Shown in pieces: positions 51,901 to 63,900 of a stretch of DNA of 64,000 nucleotides (the stretch's first letter is position 1; the number at the start of each line of letters is the position of its first letter). The notes below the pieces were generated by a model. That model was not told where the DNA came from. It saw only the letters and a program-made list of their open reading frames with translations, and made no database searches. The position numbers and the translations under genes were made by a program. This stretch comes from Convolutriloba macropyga (taxonomy: Eukaryota), in assembly GCF_964194025.1 (NCBI RefSeq), contig NC_134468.1, positions 18,104,001 through 18,168,000 on the forward strand, read 5' to 3'.

Positions 51901-54900
51901 CGTTATATTTTGATTAAAAAATGTGTATAAGTTTTTGCTGCCTCCATTAGCTCCTCCCAAATAACCTTCATTTAGAGTGATACACAACCATTTGACCTTA
52001 GCTCTTTGAATTAAAGCAAATAAAATTCAATTTCAAAGTGAGGAAGTCATTTTTGAGAGTGAGGTAAGTCATGAGTGACCAAAAATTTAATCACGCGAAT
52101 AAACAACTCGCTCCACTAAGAGCAAAAAATGACGTCACGCAAGAACAAATGCACAAAAAGCAGATTTGAAGTGGTTGTGACGTCATATGGTCGTAACAAA
52201 AATCTTGACGAAATAAAAAACATAGCAGGACAAGTCCTGACGTACAATTCAAAGAATTTTCATTGACTATATATCAAACTAGACCTAAAACGGACTAAGC
52301 GTGAATTGGAAAAACAGTTTCCACAAAAGATTTAAAAAATTAAAAAAAAACGAAAATCAATGTCAAAAAGCCGCATGTGAACAAAAAACTACAAGCGAGA
52401 AAAAGAAATTGGGTTCAAACAAAAAAAACTAGGCCTAGAATGAACTATGAATAGATTGGGAAAACCATTTAGAAAAAAAATCCAATCCAAAAACATAGCT
52501 GGCAGATTGCCAGAAAATAGCCGCAATTGATTCGTAGATCGGCAGTCTAAAAAAACAGTAAAAAAGACAGACCAAAAAATTTCGTCTTTTCATTGAAGGC
52601 TGATCTGTTATATTTTGGTTAAAAATCTGTATAATTTATTGCTGCCTCTATTAGCTGATCTCGAATAACCTTCATTTAGAGTGACACACACCCATCTGAC
52701 CTTATCTCTTTGAATTAAAGTAAATAAAAATCAATTTCAAATTGAGGAAGTCATTTTTGAGAGTGAGGTAAGTCAAGTGTGACCAAAAATTTAATCACGC
52801 GCATGAACAAAAAAACTCGCTCCACTAAGAGCGAAAAATGACGTCACACATGCAATTCAGTTAAAATTGCATGAACGAATGAACAAAAAGTGGCTGTGAC
52901 GTCAAATGGTCGTAACAAAAATCATGACGATGAAATAAAAAAAACCAAGAGAAGGCCAATAATAGCCTCAGCTATCGCTGTGCGGCTATTAAAAAATCAA
53001 AAAACAGTGAAAATGAAATTGCCGCATGTGAACAAAAAAAAACTAGCGAGAAAGCGAATTTTTGTTCAAACACAGTTTTCTCACTCTGCTTTATAATTAG
53101 AGCAAAAAAAATTTCACGCCGCAAAACCACTCGCCTTTTCGCTCCATTTCCTGTTTCGGCTCGACCAAAATCACTACTCCAATTTGACTTCGAAAATCAT
53201 GAAAATGGGTAAACAGATCTTAAAAAACCTTGCCAGAAGAATTCCGGAAACGACTCGAAGGAGAAAATTGCCCAAACTTATGACTAAACAACTAGAACAA
53301 CTATTGTGAACCCCGAAACTCCACAAATGCCATAAAATTAACGAAGAATACAAATGGCATTCAACGAAGAATACAAATGGCATTTAACGAAGAATACAAA
53401 TGGCATTCAAAAACAAATTGAACAAAAAACTAGAAAAACTTAATGACTTTTTTTAAATAGTACAAGGAAACATAAAGCCGAAAAAAGTTCCTTTGCAATT
53501 AGAGCAATGCAAGCTCGCAAAACAATGGTCAAGTCGTAATAGGCTAAGAAACTTGCCTAAGATCAAAAAAAGAAAAACGAGCGTGGTTATTTTGCTCATA
53601 CCTTCTTATGAAACAGAGCGAGAAGTGCCGGTGTCAAAAAAATTTCGAATTTGATCACCGAAACAACTTTTTCAAAATTTATTTAGGTCCCTGAACTTCA
53701 GATTTCGTTTCTCGCTCAGTCCATAGAAAAGCAAGTTATTCATGGCCAAATAAATTAATCACTCCATTAAGCAAAAACTAACAGCTAAAGGGTATCGGCA
53801 ATGACGTCACTCACATAAAAGCAGTTAAGAGCGGCATGCAAATTACTGCTTCGGGGTTTGCGGCGCACAAAATGGGCATCATACGACGAATCAAAATTAA
53901 AAACCACAACAACCTCTATCAGAGCCTGCGGCTATAAACAGACTAAAACTACCCAAAAAATTTGCTACAACCGCTCTGAAAATACAATAAATTTGTAAAT
54001 TTATAAGAGGTCATCATTGCATTATAAAACTACTTATATTGACTTATAAAACTACTTAATTCGAGTGTGCAAAAATCTATACTTCAAATCAATGGATGAC
54101 CAGGATTGTGGCAATATATCGTCCCAGTTCTAATAGGGAAGGAAAAGTGCCCAGGAGAGGAATATTGCCAGTACAAACTACATTCTTTTGCTCAAATTTA
54201 GTCAAAGCATTTCGTTCGTTAAAAGGCAAAGACAATATCTGTGAGCTCAATAACTGACCTATTTGTGTGCGAAATAAGTGAGAATATGGCTTTGCACACA
54301 TCGGCTATAAAGGTGTAATCTGTCTTCAAAGATGGCAAGAACTGGATGTAACTCCCAAGCGCTCTCAGAGCAGCACCTGCCACATTATGGTCACTCTCCA
54401 CTGAGTAACCTATCATAAGAGAGACGCAGTACATCTTCCTCGAATGAGGCAGACTCTCGTATACTGAAGGTGGAATCACAGCCAAACAGTCGCAAGCAAC
54501 AGATCTGATCTGGCTCCTATTTTTAGGCTTTAGCAATTGCGTTAAGGGACCCTCCAACACCTGAAAAAAAATCCGACTTGAGAACTACAGGTAGATGAAT
54601 AAACTGACAAAAGTATACTAGGCCAATTCAGGAAGCCGTCGAGGGATAAAAGTTTCATTTACATAGGACGGGATTAAAAAACATTAGGGCTATTAGTGAA
54701 TCGTTACTTGTCCCTGAAAATCAATCACCAGTTCAGAAAGTGTTGCAATTGGAATTGGATGATGTAAGCTTAGCTTTAACCACTAACATGTTGCCAAAAC
54801 TGGAACAGCTTCTCTTCAGACATCAGCCGACACTTGGCCATCGCCCTAGCAACTTTCTCTAACATAGCCAATACAGCAGTTGTCATCTCGGGTGACTTTT

Positions 54901-57900
54901 GCTCCTCGAGACCAATGTCAACCAAAGCCAAGATGGCGTCTACGCTCGTTAACATTACTTGGAAGTAGTGTTGCGAAAGTGATGCAATGAAATTGAACGC
55001 TGTGATTTTCAGGCTCTCTAGAAAAAAATGAATTTATTGGACGTACATGGACCGGTTTTGCCCTCGTGATGCCAAATTAAGCCTCACACCAGACCGCGAG
55101 GCATACTATGTAAATAGGAGTAATGGGTAGATGGTAGCTCCAGCAGTGAAGCAGGAAGGTTGTAAGTACGTAGGTATGTATTTTGTATGTCTGTAGGTAG
55201 GTAGGTACAAACTCCTGCTGGTGCTACCATCTACCCATTACTAAAAGGGTTCAAGAAATGCATGAACACAATTAAAACTCTCAAAAGCTCGTATCAAAAT
55301 TATATACGATTCGACGGCAAAAAAGCGTACGTTGGTTACCTTGATCTGGGTTGTTGCTCTCTTTTGTAATCGGATGACCGTTGTGGATTATGTCCTCCAT
55401 GATTAACATGGCCCAGCACGCATTCGGGTCTTTCTCAATTTTTCTCCCCGTTGGCTTCTGCTTAATACTGAAATCCCTCGAGTCCCCCGCTCCTGCGCAT
55501 TGCTGCCGAACAATTTCAGTTTTTGGAGCCGAATTATTAACACCGGGACTAAGCGAAGTAAAACTAGAACCCAAACTTGTTTTGGAGCCCCCAAGAGAGC
55601 TGTCCGACAATCCCGTTCCATACAACCCGTAAGAGGTCAGAGGAGTGTGCGCTCCACTACGTATGAAACCTGATGCACTTCCTCTACCAATTCCAGACTC
55701 TTCAGATTCATTCAAAAGTTTGGCTCTAGCTGGAGCCTCCGTGTGTTTGAAAATCTCGTACACTTCAGCTAGGGGAGGATCAATGAGAGTTATGGCGGAG
55801 AGACATTTGATGGACTCTAGCCTTGTAGCACAGTGGCTTGAATTGAGGAAATTGACCAGATGACGTACTATTCTAGTGAGAAGACCGAAGCGTAGCTTGT
55901 GGTAGGGCGTGGACGAGATAAGTTCCGAGAGCGCCTAAAACAGATAGCCAACTTTGCATGTTACCAGTTAGATTACTTTTTGTCAGTGGACGCTATACCA
56001 TTGTCATTACATTTAAGGATAGCAAATTACAACACACTTTCTTAGCCCGTTCCCGCGGTGGAAAAAATGCGAGACAGTTTTCCACCAAGTGCAAACGAAA
56101 ACAGTATATCATTAAGCGCTACAGGTCTTGATAGATGAGTCAGTTCAAAGTGATGCTTAATTTAATACGTCCTGACACATTCTCAGACAAGCTAAGAATG
56201 AAATTTACTCCTAGGGCCATTATATTGCTATAAAACGTTTGAAAATAGATCTAGGCTCCAGCGGCACAATCCTCTCTAAAAAATAAGTTTTTCCAAGGTC
56301 TAATAGGCTCGGGTTTATCGCGATTTTTTACAATACACCACCAAATAGCAAACCTCGGAAAATGTAAAAATTCACCAACACATTTTTTTTTCAAAAATTA
56401 ATGTTCCGTTTAATGCGACGTTAATGTTATGTAGCACTCAGGACACTTGAGACACTCTTAAACTCAAATAGACAAACTGTATTTCTTTCTCAAGACAGCT
56501 GAGGGCCAACAGCATGTGCATGAGCACGTTCATTTAACAACAAAGCTGCTTCAAAACTTGTCATTACCATTCAAAAAGTCCTACCAGACTCTCTTTCATT
56601 CACCTGTCTTAATTGCAGTTAATCATTTGCGTTCATTCAATTGCAATCTCGACAGAAGAATGCTTTCAATTACGTGACGAATCGTAAAAAAACTTGCTAA
56701 TTAATGTAATTGTCCTCACATTTCTCTCAAATATTTGTTCTGCTTTAAAAGCATCGAGTATAAATGACGCGGCTTAAAACCAGATCAAAGGGGTGAAAAG
56801 ACATCTCATTATGATGAATAACCACATTGCGGTTTCCTCATTAGGCACGTTTGATTATAGCTTGATTATATTATAGTTTTTCCTTTTTGTCAATATTGGC
56901 AAAATTTGAGAGAACATTTTTCGAATTCTAAGTTTGCTTAACCGCTAAAATATCCAAAGGCAGCTTTTTATTAAGATAGGAAATACTTCAAACACTTGAT
57001 TTTTAGACAGCAGAACATCAAGAAAAAGAGGAGCTCGGGTCTTAGAGTACTCCACATACTAGTACAAGCTATTTAAACAGAACAGTTGGCTTGCTTTTCA
57101 TCAATATTCACAGCCAGCCCATCGCATGGAAAGCATTCAAAACTCAGACAATAAAGCTTTCTTTCTCGGTTCAAAATTCTAAACAGCAGCGCCATAGCCT
57201 TCTTTCACTGTGCTGTGAAAAGACGGGGAGGGAGAGAGAGCGGAGACTTATATAGAAAGGCAATTGTATCTTAGATGGAAAACAAAGCTATTTACTCTGC
57301 ACAAACAACACAGCCTAGCGGGGAGAAAGAGACCCAAGTGTTATTAGAGCAAACATCTCTCACCAAACTGACAACAAAGCTCCCAGTCGCCTAATTCCAT
57401 AATTCCAAATACTCCGTCAAATAGTCAAGAAACAATTAACTCTTATTCCAAAATGATTGGCAATACCTACTTTCGCTCTATCAAGCCAACAGTGATCGCC
57501 TTAATCTGAACTTGTGTCAACTACATATATAAAGACTTCCAGATTTCACAACTTTTCAGCCAACTATCAAAAATGACATTTTGCTCTCAAGGCTGGTTGC
57601 TATATTACACCTCAAATGTTGAGATCAGACTTAAGCATATCACAACTTTTATAGCATTCAAGGTAGTAATATATTAGCGAATGTTTGACCACCTACTAAG
57701 CCAAATTAGCTGTTGATAGAGTGAAGCTGGCTGGTATTGAAAGTTGATAATTTGGAACAAGGTGACTACTGGCAGCATACAACCAAATTATTGGAGCGAA
57801 AACTTTAGACAAAACAAGCAGCAAAGTGGTCTCCAAACAACACAGGGCTCCTCTCAGGAGGCAGAACTGAGTGTACTTTGTTTAAACACAACACTTCATG

Positions 57901-60900
57901 ATACAGGGGAGGAGGGGGCAGAGTGGGTGGGGGTTGGTTGAGGTTGTAACGATTCTTTGACGTCACACTAGGCCGCATTTAACAACAACCAATTCAAAAA
58001 CAAGGCGATCAATGCAGGAGGCTGTCTTGTTCTCACACACTACAATAGGTGTTCTTAGAACCAGAAATAATCAATGTGAGACCAAAAATAAACAGGACAT
58101 AAAGACACTTAGCAGACATTTTAATAACAACTAAAACTGTTACTTGCGCGCAAGATTTATTATAAGAAAAGTTCCATTTATTTGGCGGGCAGCTTTTCAG
58201 CCCTCAAGGGTAAACCCTGGCTTAAAAAACAAGCACCACTGCGGAATGGTTTATTCTATTAGGACAAAAGTAGAGTGAGTGTAACGATTTTTAATAGAAG
58301 CACATTATTTTCTTTCCAGATCCTGAGGTAGCCATAATTTGAAACGGCTATTAAGTTTTATATCTTGCGGCGCAACACAGACTGGAACATCAGTACCGGA
58401 GGGGTATCACTAAGGATATCAGAGGACATATTTTAGTAAAGGTCAATTCCAAACAAAAGTCTGCAGTCAAAAGTCGCCATTTTACGGCAAGTGCCATATT
58501 TTAACAAAAACTAGTACCAGATCTTAGCTGTCAGACAACTGCATGTCTGGAGTTTGACGCCGTCACTCCAACTTAGAATCAATACATGCGCAACACGTGC
58601 CTTTAACTGTAAACAAAGAAACCAAAAAGTGACTATATCGATTGCACGGATGGCTGGCTTCAACGTGATATTCACAAATCATTTCCAGTCACATATCTTC
58701 CTTTCAATAGGCAGGTCATATATTAACAATGCACATGCAATAGTACCAGTCTGCACATTTGTAGGTCCAATTAAGCGCTACAGCGTAAAATTTAGACTCA
58801 ATGCACAATTGAAGAATTGCCAATTTTATGGCTTCTGAACCTGCATCAGTTGAGTGGACTATAAATATATAGGAACATTTATTTTCATCAGAAAAAAAAC
58901 AAGATAAAACGTTATGAATCAAGTGATAAGACGCATTTTTCCAAATTTGTGTGAATACTTAGGCTAGCCTCGGAAACCACGTACTTTTCGTATTAAAACT
59001 GATTTCCCACAGTTTTAAAGATCTGAGCAAATATGAGATACTTCAGACAAAAAAAATCAGGGAAAATATTTTCTTGAAAGGCAATGAAAAGTATTGTTAC
59101 ATTTTTTTAAATTCTGTTATTTTACTGATATAATAAAACTTACAATATATTATCTTTATATAACTTACAATATATAAAACTTACAATATTTTATGCTATC
59201 ACAAATTAGCCTCCAATTAAAGTCAATGGAGTACAAAATTCATCAGTATGTTGTCACTTTATATGAAAAGAAAATCAATTTTTTGTGAGCCAGAAATTTT
59301 CGTTTTCTTTTGCAATCAAGATCTTACGAAGAAACCAAGAACTTCAAGAACCCCAAAATGATGTCTTTCAGTTAGTAAGGGGTTTAATATGACAGAGTTG
59401 AGTAAATTTAACAGAGTTGAGTAAATCTTGGATACGGACAACAGGGCGATTCGAAGGAACAATTATTCGTGAAAGGAAATAATTTTTTCTGTGCTATCTT
59501 TTGATTTAGTTTTTAACTTCTCCGTTCTTTTGTATTAGATTTTAACGGACGTTAAATTTATGTTTTTCCTATTGATCACGAAGATGGCACATGTCAGAAG
59601 ATACTGTGATTCGTACCATGATACAAAAAAATTCGGTTATGAGAATAGTTAGAATCTTTTACAGAATGAAATTAAAAACATAAACCGAAAAATGTCGGAA
59701 GAATTGCTCTTGCACGACAGGCGAGGCAATTTAATTCAGGGGCTGTAGCCTAGATAAATTTTTCTTCAAGGGTACAAAAACCTTTCCCCCGCCGTGATTC
59801 GAACAACTGACCTCCCGAACCGTGACTTCAATCACTTCCGATTGCGCCATCAGAACCTTATTTTTGCTGTGCTGCAATAAGCTTTATTAGCAACTAATAT
59901 ATTAGCAACAAGCTTTACTTCGGAGTGAGAGCAATAGAGATTACTCAAAGATGAAGCACGAAAGCGTGAAAAAGTCAAAAAAGTCAAAAAATGTTCTAGA
60001 AGAAAAGCGCGAAATTGTCAAGCGAAAAATTTGCATAAAAAAGACACACGTTTACAAAAATTGCTATGAAATTCATTCAAGAGCAATTAATCATTGGAGT
60101 ACAATTTGACTGAAACTATTATAAAAGCTCATCACCAGAAGGGCAAAACCTTGAGATACTCTTCAACTAATTTTTGTTTATTTCTCTTTTCGTCAACGAT
60201 TTTTTTTCCTTCAAAATAATTAAATTTATCGCTTAGTTTCTTTGAAGTAGCAAACTTGTTGTGCTTGCTTCTTTTAAATAAAACTTTTCGATGATCAATT
60301 TTTCTCGAAAAGCAGTTTAATATTGCAAAACAAATGACCATGTATATGATTTACAGCTTAAAATTATCAAAATGACACTTAGAATTTCAACAATTCCTAG
60401 ATCAGAGAAAATCGTACTGAAAATAACTTCAAAGAATTATACTGATTCAAACTCAAATTGTTCGTGAACAATGAAGAGTTTGTCCTCTCAGAATAAAAAG
60501 TTTTTGGTGAGCTTGAGACCTATGACGGAACATTCTGTGCTGCGCACAGACTCGCTCGTGCCGTCTTATTTAGCAAAGCAGCAGCAAAATAATTGCTCAA
60601 ATTGAAACGTGCACATTAGACGCCTTAAGTTAACTGTTTCGATAAACATTATGGGGGAACCATTTGATCCACCAATCCATATATTTGACGCCAAAATATA
60701 CGATATTGCAGGGTATTTAATTGATTTCTAAGTGTTTCTCATTCAAATTTCGTTCAATTTTGATTTAGAAAATTCCATAACTTTATCGAGATTATTGCAA
60801 ACAAATTAGGAGGTTTACATTTAGTTCAACTATATACGTTTCGAAAACGATGAGTAGATAAAAATAAAAAAGCGAAAATCGAGGCCAAAATTTGCTATAA

Positions 60901-63900
60901 GACCAATAGATACCAACATTGATAATCTAGCCGTGATATTGTTATTTAGACAATTTAGAGAACGTTAAGCAAGGAGGCTCAGTAATGTGCGTTTTCAAGT
61001 AATGCTCTGCCATCGCTCATCCACATTGTTGGCGTAATTACCTACAAAATGAAGTCGAGAGAAAACTTTCAATATAAAACTGTGTACCGGAACCTCAATG
61101 ATACTTGATTCTAAAATACAGGCAGACTTGTAAACCAGTGCGGTCATTTTATAATTTCACTAGCATGGACAAAAAGTTGAACTAACGAAAAATTTGGGTG
61201 ATCGAATGAAACAAAGCTAATACACCTTCTCAAGTAGAAAACCATTTTATCAAGTGTACACCAACTTCTGCTTTGATATATCTTAATCAAAAGTCTTTCG
61301 AGTAACCTTGCTCTATAAGTGTCTAGCTTGGGCGAGCTTGCATTTAAATTGAAACTTTCATTTTCATCTAAGATTTAAAAGGTGATTGAAGAAACCATTT
61401 CACTGAGCGAGTAAAGTAATGAATGCCTAAAAATATTAACCTTAAAAAAATCGCACTTTGAAATCCTGCTGAGATGGGTTTTAAAGTGAATCAAGGACGA
61501 CTTCGAATTACGAAAACTAAAGAAACGCAGGAGGGGTCCTGAATCGCAAAACAAGGAAATTAATCAAATAATAACATGACCAGTAAAACTTTTTTAAAAA
61601 AACTACTATTGACACCGAGCAACGCATACGACCATACAAAAAGAAAGAAACTCTTCCTTTCATTGGTGTTAAAATTGAGAAAAACAATCACAACCTGATT
61701 TACAACTGATATAAAAAATGGAACTAATAAAGTGAGTCACTTACGCCTCGCATGACAGGAGATGACATCTGCCATTGATAGCACAGACACAAATCGAAAA
61801 AGGAACAACACAAAATCCAATATCAAAAACTCGCCAAGTTTTACAAGAAATGTAGTGTTATAGTCCTAAAATCAGAACTATCATCTGAAAAACTCCAATA
61901 AAAATAGCTTGAGGCCTTAATAAAAACGAAGCAACTTGTAATTATTGATAGTAAGAGACAAAACTTTTATGGTGCAGAAAATCGGAACAGGGGAAGTCTT
62001 GCATGTGCAACCTCCCAATTAAGAGTTGGTGACAATAACCACTACGCTATACGGGCTATGTACTGTCTTCGCTCACAACCGTTATAATTTTAGCAACAGA
62101 CTTAGTTTCTGAATGCGCTCACTTCAAATCAGTAAAAAAAAATTGAAAAGTCAAGTTTGAAACAGCCACTCGATAAAGAAATGTTCTAGAAAAAAACGGC
62201 CTAGCAAAACTTTCAAATGAAGAACACAGACTTTAACAAAAATTGATTGAAACTTCGTTCGAGAGCACAAACACTGAACAATTCATTTGAACTTTTATTT
62301 AAAAACACATGATGGTACACTAACTTGACATCTAATGAGAACATAAAAATATAACAATAAGATGAGAATATAAAAATAAGTACTTAAAAACATTGCAAAT
62401 GCACATAGTCAAGGCTGTGAAAACCATAAGCTGCCAGAAAATAATGCAAAAAAATCCATTCTTAAAAGCCTAAGTTTAAAACCAAAATGATCTCTCATTA
62501 GGCAGATTTAACAAAATCATAAACAAAAATACACAAAATAAAACAAAACTACACATTTTATGAAAACAGTTTCAAAGTCATAAAATCATTAGCCGCCCAT
62601 TAGTAGATTCACAAAATAAAAACTATGAACCACTACAGCACGTCTTTCATATTTGGGATAGCAAATCAAGAAAAAACAAATCACAAACAGCAGTTAAATT
62701 GCCGCATGCTAAAACATAGTCGGCAGGTTGCCGGTTAATAGCCGCCGTTGACGCACTTGATGCACATCGGAGTTAAAACAGAGAAAAAAGAGAAATTGAC
62801 CATTTTTTTCTATTTTTCAGTGTCATAGTGCTCTAATTCGGCGTGCAGTTTCGGTTGGATTCTAAAACTATACTTCATTCAGCTTCTAAACTGAAAGCTA
62901 ATGAGCTTATTACCAATGTCAGCTAGCAAACACTCTAATGAACTTTGGAAACCTAATTCTCAATAACTTAATGATCGGGCTTTATCGGTTTCGGCAATAA
63001 GTTCCGAAAAACAAACAGTTCAAATGAGCCGATGTTCAAAAAAAAATAAACCGCGATAACTCCGTGAAAAAATTGGGAAAACTAAAATGTAATTAATTAT
63101 TGTACGCTTGACGGGCTTTCTATTGAGACCACTCACAACTCTCTACAAAAAAACATCGATCCGCCAAAATTTACTGAGCCAAAAACAAACCCAGTTGAGA
63201 ATAAAGTCCCCCCCCCCCCCCAAGTGGGGTCGGAACAAAAAGGCACGTTAAATAATGGGACAATCAGGGCGAAATTAAAAATTTTATCAATGTAATTTAG
63301 TCTTTGGTTTTTGCTGCTTTTTCCTATGATTTTGAGTTTAATTCTTACCATGGATTGGAAAGGTCATTGAAATTGTGGGCAATTATTGAAAATAAACAGA
63401 AAACATAGCGCCTGGAAAACTGTTCGGTAGAACAAAATTAGATTATCGAAAGCAGAAGAACCTTAGCATAGGCTATTTGCTTGCACTTTAAAAGCAACTC
63501 GAACCCCTAGAGATCCCAAATAGACGCTCCAATTTCATGCAAAAAATGAAATTGTAGATACCGTCTATGTGCTACCAAAGAATCCGTCTTAGTAAAGAAA
63601 CCGTCCGAATATGCTCTATAATATCTAACCACTTTGAAAAATTAGCAATATTTCAAAACCAGTGCCATTGAATCAGTACGCTTTACCCAGCTGGTGAACG
63701 CAACGGCGACTTCCACTTTAAGATGCCAATTACTTGAACATCGTATCATCTTGCTTTAAAAGCACACAGTATTGTCCTTCACTTGATTTGCAAAAATATC
63801 AACTAAAAACATTTACCTGCAAAGCAACTGGCAAAGTGACGAATCCGAAGTCGGTACTCGTAGTTTGTACCATAACCCGGTGCAGCTCTTTCACAGAGGC

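Noticed and set aside
56057-56086. 9-bp inverted repeat GGTGGAAAA/TTTTCCACC near a HEATR6 acceptor
   Set aside because: Short enough to be expected by chance in 64 kb.
59786-59857. Functional tRNA gene
   Set aside because: Acceptor and T stems pair poorly, the anticodon is ambiguous, and it lies within a repeat. Kept only as tRNA-derived.
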